DNA of 64,000 nucleotides. Origin: a virus. The position numbers and the translations under genes were made by a program. This document shows positions 36,961-48,556 of the stretch, piece after piece (position 1 is the stretch's first letter; every line of letters starts with the position of its first letter). The notes beneath the pieces were generated by a model. That model did not search any database. It was given only the letters and a program-made list of their open reading frames with translations, and was not told the origin of the DNA. Location of the stretch: positions 5,121-69,120 of the IMG/VR virus record IMGVR_UViG_2866807700_000004. One strand, 5' to 3'.

Positions 36961-37034
36961 TCAATCTGCGAGTGCCGGTCCGGGGGTCTCACTCCCTGTC
37001 CCGACATCACTAACTATACCATAGTTTTGTACCG
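36961..37034 (-). repeat. promoter/leader element copy A (inverted repeat of copy C)
   Basis: 74 bp; its reverse complement matches 38556-38629 with 3 mismatches; contains TGGTATAGT (extended -10). Confidence 0.9.
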
Positions 37035-37061
37035 AGTTGGCAAGGGGAATGCAGGAGTCTC

Positions 37062-37481
37062 TCACGCATTCTTCGGGGGCCGCCCGCCGCCGACGCCCCG
37101 GCCCGGCCGCGCGCGTAGCTGCTCGTCCAAGTCACCGCGCCGCAGATGCACCACGCCGCACACCTCAACGAACCCCGTCAGGCGGCCCACATGGCGTTCC
37201 TTGGTCACCGTGGTGTGCGCCACCCCGCGCAGGTCGGCGATGTCCCGCTCGTCCAGCAGATCGTCGGCGTCCCCCGGCGCGGGCAGCGCGGGCAAAGCCC
37301 GCCCGTCCCGGTACGCCTCGACCTGGTCCCGGTCGTAGAGCAGCTTGCGCCGCCCGGGATTCAACGGCGCCGGGAACCCGTCCTCGTGCGCGACACCGGC
37401 GTTCCGGAACGTCTGGTACGCCAGCCCGAGCAACTGCGCCGCACCCGCGGCGTCCACCGCCGTCCGGCCCGCCGGGATCAC
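37062..37481 (-). CDS. tandem HTH (AlpA-like) DNA-binding protein
   Basis: 'VDAAGAAQLLGLAYQT..' and 'LLDERDIADLRGVAHTTV'; RPGRG.GGGRP tail. Confidence 0.65.
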   Translation of the reverse strand: MIPAGRTAVDAAGAAQLLGLAYQTFRNAGVAHEDGFPAPLNPGRRKLLYDRDQVEAYRDGRALPALPAPGDADDLLDERDIADLRGVAHTTVTKERHVGRLTGFVEVCGVVHLRRGDLDEQLRARPGRGVGGGRPPKNA

Positions 37482-37744
37482 GGCATCTCCCCGGCGGCGC
37501 GGAAGACAGCGGCCACGCTCTCGTACGGGCGGCTGGTGTCCGGCGCGTACGTCAGGCACGCGGCCGGCCCCTGGTCGTCGCGGACCTCGAACCAGTACCG
37601 GATGTGACTGGTGCCTTCCCCGTTCGCCGCAGCCTGCTCGTGCCTGCGGCGGCATGCGTCGTCGAGCTGGTCGAGCGCGTCATCGATGCCGGACGCGTCG
37701 CCGATCATCACGGGCGGCTTGTTGGTCTGCCAGATCTCGAACAT
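37478..37744 (-). CDS. hypothetical protein
   Basis: GAAGGAGG RBS; stop overlaps the next GTG. Confidence 0.65.
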   Translation of the reverse strand: MFEIWQTNKPPVMIGDASGIDDALDQLDDACRRRHEQAAANGEGTSHIRYWFEVRDDQGPAACLTYAPDTSRPYESVAAVFRAAGEMP

Positions 37745-37875
37745 GTTGGCCTCCTTCGCTGCCGGGCTGCTTCTCACTGTGCTAGGTGCGGTGGGTCGTG
37801 CGGGTGTCTGTGCGGATGTGTGGAAAACCGTTGGGCCCGGGAGCGGGGCGGGCGTTTGGCCCGCCCCGCCGTCCG

Positions 37876-38396
37876 TCAGAGGCGACCTTCCTGGAACAGC
37901 CGTTCGGTGATCCGGGACTCGGCGATGGGCTCGAAGCTGTCCACCGGTGCGAGCTGCCAGAGTTCGCGGCCGAGGTCGTACACCGACCGCCAGATCCGGC
38001 ATTGCTCCTGCAGGGCCGCCCGGTCGTCACAAACGGTCGTGAGCCGCCCGACCTTGACGACGACCTGGCCGCAGCCGCTGGGGCTCTGGCGAGGTGACTT
38101 GCCAGGACCACCGGGGTCGGCTGGGCCCACCTGAACCTGACCGCCGAGTAGATCGTCGGTGTGCCCTGCCGGTACAGGCGGGCCGTCTTGGGGGTGGTCA
38201 TCACCCGGTTCCCGATGATCCGGGCCTCGACCCACGCCTTGAACAGGTCGCGTGCGGCCCACTTGTCCGCGACGGTGATGACCACGCCCGGCATCAGGAT
38301 CTGGATGAACGTCTGGACGATCTCGACGACACCCTCGTACGGTCCCGCGTGCCGGACCGTAAGGGACGCCTCGTGCTCGGCCGTGTAGTTCCCCAC
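37876..38396 (-). CDS. hypothetical protein, frameshifted near 38100
   Basis: GGAGGA RBS; the coherent first half and second half ('GQVVVKVGRLTTVCDDRAA..') lie in different frames. Confidence 0.55.
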
Positions 38397-38493
38397 GGTT
38401 CCTCCACTGTTGATTTGTCAATCTGCGAGTGCCGGGGTCCGGGGTCTCACTCCCTCGTCCTGACACTTATAACTATACCATGTTTCTGTACTG
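38395..38493 (-). repeat. promoter/leader element copy B (diverged)
   Basis: Reverse complement: ..GTACAGAAACATGGTATAGTTA..GGGAGTGAGACCCCGGACC..CTCGCAGATTGACAAATCAACAGTGGAGG. Confidence 0.85.
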
Positions 38494-38555
38494 ACTCAAG
38501 ACCTTCTGCGACAGGAATCTTTAGCCGGTTTTCTATGCCGCCCTACTTGCCATCA

Positions 38556-38629
38556 CGGTACAGAACTGTGGTATAGTTAGTGATGTCGGGACAGGGAGTG
38601 AGACCCCCGGACCGGCGCTCGCAGATTGA
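38556..38629 (+). repeat. promoter/leader element copy C
   Basis: CGGTACAGAACTGTGGTATAGTTAGTGATGTCGGGACAGGGAGTGAGACCCCCGGACCGGCGCTCGCAGATTGA. Confidence 0.9.
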
Positions 38630-38654
38630 CAAATCAACAGTGGAAGGAAGACCG

Positions 38655-39020
38655 ATGGAGGACCACAACCGGGCCATCGAGGCCGCGAAGCTCCGTCTCC
38701 TCGCCACCTACGGGCTGGTGATCAAGGCGCTGCAGATGCTGCCCATCCCCATCGAGGTTCCCGCCGTCCTGGACAGCATGTGGACGGCCGAGATCCACGA
38801 GAGCCTCACCCGCACCTACGACCTCCTGAACGACCTCCCCATGCAGGAGCCGCTCAGGGCCCAGGTCAAGGTGATGGTGATCGACTGGATCTCCGCCGCC
38901 GACTACCTGTTCGACGCGCAGGAGGAATTCGCGGACTGGAAGACCGACTTCGCGCTCATCCAAGCCGAACGAATCACCGCCAGCTGGCACCTCGTGAAGG
39001 CGATGCACGACCGGAAGTGA
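38655..39020 (+). CDS. helical hypothetical protein, paralog of 36558-36941
   Basis: GGAAGGA RBS; sequence similarity as noted for the paralog. Confidence 0.75.
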   Translation: MEDHNRAIEAAKLRLLATYGLVIKALQMLPIPIEVPAVLDSMWTAEIHESLTRTYDLLNDLPMQEPLRAQVKVMVIDWISAADYLFDAQEEFADWKTDFALIQAERITASWHLVKAMHDRK

Positions 39021-39091
39021 CCACCCGCCGCCCCGGCACCCAGCCGGGGCGCCCCCCTTCCCCTGCGAAACAACCTGCGAGCACAAGAAAC

Positions 39092-39139
39092 GGGGCCGGC
39101 GGTACAGGCGCGAACGCCTGGTGAGACACCGCCGGCCCC
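39092..39139. terminator. nested hairpin after 38655-39020
   Basis: GGGGCCGGCGGT/ACCGCCGGCCCC arms enclosing CAGGCG-cgaa-CGCCTG. Confidence 0.55.
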
Positions 39140-39277
39140 ATCGCAGATCGACCTCAACAGGGAGGCTCACTCCAGGATACGCCGCAGCCGGCCGCGCCCA
39201 CAGCCCACCAAGCCGAGAACGCCAGCCGGCACACCCGGCCGCCGGCCGCCGGCCGCCGCAGCCGCGCATGACGCATC

Positions 39278-39511
39278 ATGAACCTTGTGATCGTCAGACG
39301 AGTTCCGGGCGGGATCCTCGCCGACCGTGAAGCGCTGTCGGTGGAACACGGCCGCTCACAGGCCACCATCCGCGCGCGATGCACGCCCGTGGCCTGCGAC
39401 ATCGGCACCCGCAGAGCCCTCTACTGGTCGCACGAAGTACGCGAAATGACCCTCGCCACACCGAAGCGGCGTCGGAAACTTGCGGAAACGGACGCCCTTA
39501 TAGCACCCTGA
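39278..39511 (+). CDS. small putative DNA-binding protein
   Basis: 'LADREALSVEHGRSQATIRARC...RALY' is an HTH-like pattern. Confidence 0.5.
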   Translation: MNLVIVRRVPGGILADREALSVEHGRSQATIRARCTPVACDIGTRRALYWSHEVREMTLATPKRRRKLAETDALIAP

Positions 39512-39623
39512 TCGCAGTACCACCCGTATCTTCAGAGCCCGGCCACCGCGCCGGGCTCGCGCACGTTCAGACCCCCGCCATTCCTCTGCGAAAGCCCGAC
39601 GCGACACCCCGGCTTCCGCGGGC

Positions 39624-39959
39624 TCAGCTTCCGGCGGCGCGGTTCCTCCGCTTCGACGCCGCCACGGCGACGAGCAGCACGAGACCGGCCACGCCGAGAC
39701 CCCGCGACGCGTACGCCGGCCCGGATCGCGCCGCCTCGCACCGGTCGTCGACCGCCTCCACGGCGACGAGCCCGGCGCCGGTCGCGTCGGTGACGACGTC
39801 GTAGGTATCGAATGCGTAGGTAGGGCGCAGCGCCGATCCGCAGCTGGCCGTGCCGACGCCGACGTTGGCGTGGACCGGCCAGAACCCGACCGCGATCGCG
39901 AGGATGAGCGCGCCGGTCGCGGCGAGGCCGAGGGCTCGTGCGTTGTTCACGTCCCGCAT
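39624..39959 (-). CDS. two-TM membrane protein with an extracellular Cys pair
   Basis: GGAGG RBS; TM-SCGS...DRC-TM-basic tail. Confidence 0.65.
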   Translation of the reverse strand: MRDVNNARALGLAATGALILAIAVGFWPVHANVGVGTASCGSALRPTYAFDTYDVVTDATGAGLVAVEAVDDRCEAARSGPAYASRGLGVAGLVLLVAVAASKRRNRAAGS

Positions 39960-40082
39960 CCTCCAGCCGAAACGGCCGGGCTGCGCAGCCTCGGCCGGAT
40001 GAGGCCAGATCGGACAACCCGGGCCGGCGGTCGCGCGACGTGCCCGCCCGGGCGCCATCCACACCGAAAGGCCCGCGAAGCC

Positions 40083-40400
40083 ATGCCCGACACCACCACC
40101 GCACCCGCCGCCGAAGCCCCGTACCTGACGCTCCGCTCGGAGAAGGTCCAGACCCTCCCCGACATGGCCCGCGCCGAGGTGCTCGGCTGGCTGCAGGACG
40201 CGACGCCCGACCCGGACGTGGTCTACCGCGTCACCTTCGACCCGCGCGCCGGTGCCACGGCCCCGTTGTACGTCACCGAGATTGAGCGGGACGACTCGTC
40301 CCCGGTCCTGGCCCGCGTCCATGTCGTCCCCGGCGCCGGCGCGCCCCCGCTCCCGGTACACCTGCGCGACCTGTTCGACCCCTGCGACGACATCCTCTGA
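40083..40400 (+). CDS. hypothetical protein upstream of terminase
   Basis: GAAAGG RBS; clean ORF. Confidence 0.6.
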   Translation: MPDTTTAPAAEAPYLTLRSEKVQTLPDMARAEVLGWLQDATPDPDVVYRVTFDPRAGATAPLYVTEIERDDSSPVLARVHVVPGAGAPPLPVHLRDLFDPCDDIL

Positions 40401-40429
40401 CCGCCTCACCGAGGCGCCGGGGGTGAATC

Positions 40430-41875
40430 GTGGCTGTCGACCTCGCATGGGAGTACGCCGCCCGCCAGTTCGACCCGCCCCCGGTCAGCCCGTACCTGGG
40501 GAACCCGGTCGGCTGGATGACCGAGAGGCTCGGCGCGCACCTGTGGTCGAAGCAGCGCGAGATCGCCGAGTCCGTAGTGGCGAACAAACGCACGGCGGTG
40601 AAGTCGTGCCACAACGCCGGCAAGTCGTGGATCGCGGCGCAGATCGCGGGCTACTGGATCGACGTCCACCCGCCCGGCGAAGCTTTCATCGTCTCCACCG
40701 CCCCCTCGTATCCGCAGGTGCACGCGATCCTCTGGGAAGAGATCCGCAAGACGGCCAAGAACCCGCAGGGTGATCCCCTACCGGGCCGAGTCCTGCAGAG
40801 CGACGAGTGGAAGCTCGACGACGGCACCCTCGTCGGATGGGGCCGCAAACCCGCAGACACCGACCAGCACGGCTTCCAGGGCATCCACCGCAAGTACGTC
40901 CTGGTCATCCTCGACGAGGCGTGCGGCATCCCCGAGCAGCTCTGGACCGCGGTCGAGGCGATCACGACCACCGACACGTGCCGGATCCTGGCGATCGGGA
41001 ACCCCGACGACCCCAACACCGAGTTCGGGAACGTCTGCAAACCCGGCTCCGGCTGGAAAGTCATCCGCATCTCCGGGCTCGACACCCCGAACTTCACCGG
41101 CGAGGAAGTCCCCGACGCCGTCCGCGAGCTGATGCTGTCCCCCGAGTGGGTGGAGGACAAGCGGCGCCGCTGGGGTGAGAACTCCCCCCGCTTCATCTCC
41201 AAGTGCCTTGGCGACTTCCCCGAGATCGGCAACGACACCCTGATCTCGCCGCGCTGGATCGAGGCCGCGCAGGCCCGCGCGTTGGAACCCGGCCCGTGGT
41301 CGGTGCTCGGCGTGGACGTGGCCCGGTTCGGCTCCGACGAAACGATCCTCGCGCTGGCCCGCGGCCCGGTGGTCAGGATCGTCGGGGAGCACGCCAAGCT
41401 CCGCACGACCGAGACCACCGGCCACGTGATCGTCGCCAAGGGCGAGCACGGCGTCGACGAGATCCGCGTGGACGGTGTCGGCGTCGGATCCGGCGTCGTC
41501 GACCAGCTCCTCGAAGCCGGCCACGACGTGGTGGACATGCAGTCAGGCGCCGCCGCGCTCGACTCCGAGCACTACGCCAACGCCCGCGCCGAGTGGTGGT
41601 GGGGCCTGCGGCAGCGGTTCGAGGACGGCGACATCGACATCGACCCCGACGATGACGAGCTCGCCGCGCAGCTCGGCACGGTGAAGTACAAGTACACCGC
41701 CCGCGGCCAGGTGCTGATCGAGTCCAAGGACGACATGAAGAAGCGCGGCGTCCCGTCTCCGGACCGGGCGGACGCGGTGATGCTCGCCAAGGCCCACGTG
41801 TTGCCGCCGGAGGAGCTAGTCGAGGACGAGGACCTGGACGACGAGATCGGCGGCTACTCGATCAGCGACTACTAG
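40430..41875 (+). CDS. terL: terminase large subunit
   Basis: Walker A-like CHNAGKS, Walker B VILDEA, LAIGNP, nuclease GVDVARFGSDET and SPDRADAVML. Confidence 0.93.
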   Translation: MAVDLAWEYAARQFDPPPVSPYLGNPVGWMTERLGAHLWSKQREIAESVVANKRTAVKSCHNAGKSWIAAQIAGYWIDVHPPGEAFIVSTAPSYPQVHAILWEEIRKTAKNPQGDPLPGRVLQSDEWKLDDGTLVGWGRKPADTDQHGFQGIHRKYVLVILDEACGIPEQLWTAVEAITTTDTCRILAIGNPDDPNTEFGNVCKPGSGWKVIRISGLDTPNFTGEEVPDAVRELMLSPEWVEDKRRRWGENSPRFISKCLGDFPEIGNDTLISPRWIEAAQARALEPGPWSVLGVDVARFGSDETILALARGPVVRIVGEHAKLRTTETTGHVIVAKGEHGVDEIRVDGVGVGSGVVDQLLEAGHDVVDMQSGAAALDSEHYANARAEWWWGLRQRFEDGDIDIDPDDDELAAQLGTVKYKYTARGQVLIESKDDMKKRGVPSPDRADAVMLAKAHVLPPEELVEDEDLDDEIGGYSISDY

Positions 41876-41889
41876 CGCGGGAGGTGGCC

Positions 41890-43605
41890 GTGACCGTCCT
41901 CGATCGCCTCCAGGAAAGCGTCCAGGGGCTCTACGACCGGGCCACCGGCCGGTCCGCGCGGCTGTGGCTGGCCGAGTCGGCGCGGGCCGAGCGGGAAATG
42001 CGGCTCCACCTCGAAGAGACGATCTCGGACCTCGAAAACCGGATGAACGAGCCGGGCTGGCAGCGGCTCACAGCCCTGGCGGACCAGGAGTTCAGCCGCG
42101 AGGGGCTGCGGCAGATCACGGCCGTCTGCCGGATCATGGCGATCAAGAACAGCCTGATCAAACGGGGACTGTCGCTGCGCGCGAGCTACATCTGGGGGCA
42201 GGGCGTCCAGACGTCCGCCCGCGCCCAGGGCAAACGGCCGGGGGAGCAGGACGTCAACGCCGTCGTCCAGCGGTGGCTCGACGACCCGTCGAACCGGCGG
42301 ACGTTCACCGGCCTCGGTGCGTGCGAGGACCTGGAGCGGGCGCTCGGGAGCGATGGAAACCTGTTCTTCGCGCTGTTCACCCGCCCGAAGACCGGCCGCG
42401 TGCAGGTGCGGACGCTGCCGTGGGACGAGATCACCGACGTCATCAGCAACCCGCAGGACAGGTCCGAGCCGTGGTTCTACCGGCGGGAATGGTACGAGGA
42501 GGAGCAGACCGGCTCCGGGGTCGTCGACCGGCGCCGCATCGCCTATTACCCGGCGCTCGGGTACCGGCCCCGCCTCCGTCCCCGCAAGCTGTCGTTCCCG
42601 GGGCACGGCGACGGCGGCCTGGTCGAGGTGCTATGGGACGCGCCCGTCCTCCACGTCGCGGTCAACAGCCCGCTGCACTGGAAATGGGGCATCCCCGACT
42701 CCTACGCCGCCGTGGACTGGGCACGCGCCTACACCGAGTTCCTCACGGACTGGGCGCGGCTGATCAAGGCCCTGTCGCGTTTCGCGTGGAAGCTCACCAC
42801 GCCCGGCCGTAAGCAAGCGCAGGCCCGCGCCCGCATCGGCGCCACACCCTCCCACGATCGGCTCTCGGGCGAACCGAACACCGCCGGCGCGACGGCGCTA
42901 CTGCCGCCGGACATGGCACTGGAATCCGTCCCCAAGTCCGGCGCGACGATCGACAGCGAGTCCGGCCGCCCGCTCGCGGCGATGATCGCGGCCGCCCTGG
43001 ACCTGCCGGTCACGATGCTGCTCGGCGACCCCGGCGTCACCGGGAACCGAGCCACCGCCCAAACCCTTGACCAGCCGACCGAGCTGGCCATGCAGATGCG
43101 CCGCGAACTGTGGACCGACGTCCGCCGCACCATCCTCGACTACGTCATCGACCAGGCCGTGAAGGCACCCATGGGCCCCCTGCGCGGCACGATCACCCTG
43201 GACGAGGACGGCCGCGAGGTCATCGAGCTGGACGGCGACACCGACCGCACCGTCGACATCACCTGGCCCGACCTCGACGACATCGATCCGCTACAGGTGA
43301 TCCAGGCGATCACCACTGCGGACGGAACCACCTACATCCCGCCGCTGGTCGTGGTCCGGCTACTGCTGGAGGCCCTCGGCCTGAAGAACGTCGACGAGAT
43401 CCTCGACCAGGTCACCGACGACAACGGCGAGTTCCTCTCGCCCAGCGGCGCGCTCGGCGCGGCCGGGCAGGCAGCGATCGACGCGTTCAACCGCGGTGAG
43501 GACCCCGCCGCCGCAGTCGGCGGCCGTGACCGCGGCGAACCCACCAGCGCCGACGACGACCCCGAGGACGAGAACGCACGCCGACCCGAGCCCGCGAACG
43601 CCTGA
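41890..43605 (+). CDS. portal protein
   Basis: Directly after terL; 'DGNLF', 'SGRPLAAMIAAALDLP..LLGDPG..GNRATAQTLD.PT'. Confidence 0.85.
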   Translation: MTVLDRLQESVQGLYDRATGRSARLWLAESARAEREMRLHLEETISDLENRMNEPGWQRLTALADQEFSREGLRQITAVCRIMAIKNSLIKRGLSLRASYIWGQGVQTSARAQGKRPGEQDVNAVVQRWLDDPSNRRTFTGLGACEDLERALGSDGNLFFALFTRPKTGRVQVRTLPWDEITDVISNPQDRSEPWFYRREWYEEEQTGSGVVDRRRIAYYPALGYRPRLRPRKLSFPGHGDGGLVEVLWDAPVLHVAVNSPLHWKWGIPDSYAAVDWARAYTEFLTDWARLIKALSRFAWKLTTPGRKQAQARARIGATPSHDRLSGEPNTAGATALLPPDMALESVPKSGATIDSESGRPLAAMIAAALDLPVTMLLGDPGVTGNRATAQTLDQPTELAMQMRRELWTDVRRTILDYVIDQAVKAPMGPLRGTITLDEDGREVIELDGDTDRTVDITWPDLDDIDPLQVIQAITTADGTTYIPPLVVVRLLLEALGLKNVDEILDQVTDDNGEFLSPSGALGAAGQAAIDAFNRGEDPAAAVGGRDRGEPTSADDDPEDENARRPEPANA

Positions 43606-43610
43606 CCACG

Positions 43611-44636
43611 ATGCCGGTCACCGCGGCCTCCCTCGATGCCGCATCCGCGGACCGTGCCGCTACCGGCGACCGGATCGACCAGGTCACCCGCGACCTCACC
43701 GCAGCGTGGGCCACCACGTGGACCGCGCAGGAAGCACAGCTCGGGTCAGTGCTCGCCGGTCTCCTCGCCGCGGCCGGGGCATGGCCGACCCGCCGGCAGC
43801 TCACCGCGTCGTTCCGGCTGCAGATCACGATCGCCATGCTGCAGCAGACATTCGTGCGGCTCGCCGACCGTGCCGCGTCCGTCATCGGCGCGGCGGCCGA
43901 GGCCGCAGCCCGGGAATCCGCGGCCGCGCAGGCGAGGATGATCGCCGCGCAGCTCCCGCCCGGTGTGACACTCGCCGACGGCGCCGCGACCGTCACCGAC
44001 GACCAGATCGCCGAGATCGCGCGCCGCGCCGCGCAGTCGGCGTCCGCGACCCTGCGGGACCTGCCGGGCGAAGTCGTCGGCGCCGTTCAGGGCGAGATCA
44101 TCCACGGGCACGCCGACCTTGCGCGCGCAGTCGCGCAGGTCCTCGCCGCCGCCCGCCGGCACACATCCGCATCGCTCGCCCGGGTCCTGCTCGTCGCCCG
44201 CACCGAGATCATGGACGCTCACCGCGCCGCAGCCCAGGCCGCGCAGGACTCGGCCGCCTCCCTGCTCACCGGCTGGCGGTGGATTTCCGAACTGTCCTCG
44301 ACGACATGCCCGGCGTGCTGGTCGATGCACGGCACCGACCATCCCCTCACCGAGCCCGGGCCGCTCGACCACCCAGCCGGCCGGTGCCGCCGCGTCCCCG
44401 TCGTCAAGCCGTGGGCCGACCTCGGCCTGCCCGGCACCGCACCCGCAGACGCCACCCCGGACGCCGAAACCGTGTTCCGGGCGCTGCCGCGCGCCGACCA
44501 GCTCCGCATCATGGGCCCCGGCCGCCTCCACCTCCTCGACACCGGCCAGATCACCTGGTCCGACCTCGCCCGCCGCCGCGACAACCCTGGCTGGCGCCCG
44601 TCCTTCACCGTCGCACCGCTCCGAGACCTCACCTGA
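43611..44636 (+). CDS. minor head morphogenesis protein (SPP1 gp7/Mu gpF-like)
   Basis: 'ARTEIMDAHR...WRW.S.LS..TCPAC..MHG...DHP.GRC'. Confidence 0.85.
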   Translation: MPVTAASLDAASADRAATGDRIDQVTRDLTAAWATTWTAQEAQLGSVLAGLLAAAGAWPTRRQLTASFRLQITIAMLQQTFVRLADRAASVIGAAAEAAARESAAAQARMIAAQLPPGVTLADGAATVTDDQIAEIARRAAQSASATLRDLPGEVVGAVQGEIIHGHADLARAVAQVLAAARRHTSASLARVLLVARTEIMDAHRAAAQAAQDSAASLLTGWRWISELSSTTCPACWSMHGTDHPLTEPGPLDHPAGRCRRVPVVKPWADLGLPGTAPADATPDAETVFRALPRADQLRIMGPGRLHLLDTGQITWSDLARRRDNPGWRPSFTVAPLRDLT

Positions 44637-44646
44637 GGAGAACTCT

Positions 44647-45012
44647 GTGGCCACCCGCAAAGCCCCTGCCAAGACGCCCGCCAAGGCCAAGACCGAGGAC
44701 GAGACCCCGGCCAAGGACGCCACGCCGACCGAAGCGCCGTCCGGCCCGGCGTCCGAAGCAGGGACCGAGTCCGGGCTCGCCGAGCAGGCCGCGCAGATCG
44801 CCGCCGACGCCCGCGCCCTCGCCACCGGCACCCAGCAGGCCATCAGCGACCTGAACACCCGCTGCGTAGCCCTGCTCCGCGCTGACACGGGCGAGCACCC
44901 GGCGTCCACCGGCGGCGTGCAGCGCCTACCGATGGCGGCCACGGACCTTCTCCGCGCTCTGCGCTCGTACGGGGCCGTCGCCGCCGAGCTGGCCGCCGCC
45001 GCGCGGCGCTGA
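44647..45012 (+). CDS. hypothetical head-region protein
   Basis: GAGGAG RBS; K/A/P-rich N-terminus. Confidence 0.65.
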   Translation: MATRKAPAKTPAKAKTEDETPAKDATPTEAPSGPASEAGTESGLAEQAAQIAADARALATGTQQAISDLNTRCVALLRADTGEHPASTGGVQRLPMAATDLLRALRSYGAVAAELAAAARR

Positions 45013-45048
45013 CCGGCCGCCCCCGACCACGCAGATGGAGGTCTGACC

Positions 45049-46869
<1,821 letters not shown>

Positions 46870-46885
46870 CAGGAGATCAGCACAG

Positions 46886-47260
46886 ATGGCCAAGAACGAG
46901 ATCTTCAAGGACGGCGATGACCTGTCGGTCACCGTGTCGCACCCCACGTCCCCGGTCTCGGGTGACCCGGTGCGGTACGGCGAAATCGTCGGCGTCGCCA
47001 CCACGACCGAGGACGCTGACAGCGGCAAGACGTCGGTCACGTTCAAGGGTGTGCACCTGCTGAGCGTGAAGGGCACGACCGGGTCGGACTCGGCCGTCGC
47101 GCCCGGCGACAAGCTCTACTACGTCGACGCGAACACCCCGCCCATCTCCAAGACCACCTCGGGCAGGTTCGTCGGCTACGCCTTCGAGGCTCCCGGCTAC
47201 TCCGGCACTCTCGTCGCCGCCGGCGCGACCGCCACGATCCCGGTCCGCCTGTCCAACTGA
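46886..47260 (+). CDS. DUF2190-like capsid cement/decoration protein
   Basis: 'MAKN....GD.L...P..P.SGDPV..G..VGVA.T...VHLLSV'; sits between scaffold and capsid. Confidence 0.75.
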   Translation: MAKNEIFKDGDDLSVTVSHPTSPVSGDPVRYGEIVGVATTTEDADSGKTSVTFKGVHLLSVKGTTGSDSAVAPGDKLYYVDANTPPISKTTSGRFVGYAFEAPGYSGTLVAAGATATIPVRLSN

Positions 47261-47373
47261 CCGCCCGCCCGCCTTACCGGACGCCGGTCCTCCTTCTCCT
47301 CGCCTCCGCGCCCACGGCCCGGGGGCTTTTTCATGCCCCGGCGCGGAGCGCCCGCAGCAAAAAGGAACCGCTC

Positions 47374-48534
47374 ATGGAACTGCTCGACCTGATCGAGAGC
47401 TACAACCACAGGGACGCCTCCGAGCGCACCCTGTACGCCCGGGAGGGCCGCCGGGTCCGCGGCGGCCGCAACGACCCCAAGTACAAGCGGGCCCTGGTCG
47501 AGGCCACCCGCCTGTACGGCGCCGTCCTGAAGGGCGACGTCAAGGTCGACCGCCTCCAGGAGGCGATGACCACCTCGGATTTCCAGTACCTGTTCGCCGA
47601 CATCCTCGACCGGCAGCTGCTCGCCAAGTACCAGCACCGGAACGTGATGTGGGACCGGATCGCGCGCCGCGGCAGGGTCCGCGACTTCCGGAAGGTCAAG
47701 CGGTTCACCCTCGACGGCGGCGAGGCCGTCCTCGACGAGGTGCCGCAGAACACCGAGTACCCGGCCGCGGCCGTCACCGACGGCAAGTACGAGTACTCGG
47801 TCAAGAAGTACGGCAAGCGCCTCCCCTTTACGTGGGAGGACTTCATCAACGACGACCTGGACGCGCTGCGGGACATGCCCGACCGTCTCGCCAACTCCGC
47901 CCGGTTCTCCGAGGAGAAGTTCTTCACCAGCCTGTTCGCGGAGTCGACCGGGCCCGACTCGGACTTCTACAGCACCGGGAACAAGAACATCGTCACCGGC
48001 AACCCCGCACTGGCGATCCCGGGCCTGAACACCGCCTTCAATGTGCTGGCGGCGCAGAAGGACACAGACGGCAACCCGATCTACATCAACGCCGTCACTC
48101 TCGTCGTGCCGCCCGCGCTGGAGATCACGGCGCTGAACATCATCAACGCCACCGAGATCCTCGCGGCGGACGGCGGCGGCGATGGCACCGGCAACAACCA
48201 GCTCCGCGTCACCAACTGGATGCGCAACCGCGTCACGCTGGTCGTGGACCCGTGGCTCCCGATCATCGACACCACCTCGGGGAACTCCGCCTGGTACCTG
48301 TTCGCCGACCCGTCGGTGGGCCGGCCCGCGATGGAGATCGGTTTTCTCGTCGGCCACGAGACCCCGGAGCTGTTCATGCAGTCCCCGAACGCCGTCCGGG
48401 TGGGCGGCGGCACGGTCGACCCGATGGACGGCGACTTCCGCACCGACGCGATCGACTACAAGGTCCGGTACGTGTTCGGCGGCACCAAGATGGACCCCAA
48501 GTCCTCGGTGGCCTCCACCGGCGCCGGGTCGTGA
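47374..48534 (+). CDS. major capsid protein (Mu gpT-like)
   Basis: 'EAMTTSDFQYLF', 'VRDFR', 'KYGKR..FTWE..INDDL', 'YKVRYVFG'. Confidence 0.9.
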   Translation: MELLDLIESYNHRDASERTLYAREGRRVRGGRNDPKYKRALVEATRLYGAVLKGDVKVDRLQEAMTTSDFQYLFADILDRQLLAKYQHRNVMWDRIARRGRVRDFRKVKRFTLDGGEAVLDEVPQNTEYPAAAVTDGKYEYSVKKYGKRLPFTWEDFINDDLDALRDMPDRLANSARFSEEKFFTSLFAESTGPDSDFYSTGNKNIVTGNPALAIPGLNTAFNVLAAQKDTDGNPIYINAVTLVVPPALEITALNIINATEILAADGGGDGTGNNQLRVTNWMRNRVTLVVDPWLPIIDTTSGNSAWYLFADPSVGRPAMEIGFLVGHETPELFMQSPNAVRVGGGTVDPMDGDFRTDAIDYKVRYVFGGTKMDPKSSVASTGAGS

Positions 48535-48556
48535 CAGCCCTAGGCGGGCGTGATCG

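Noticed and set aside
47285-47345. Intrinsic terminator before the capsid gene
   Set aside because: A T-run is present but I could not define a convincing stem.
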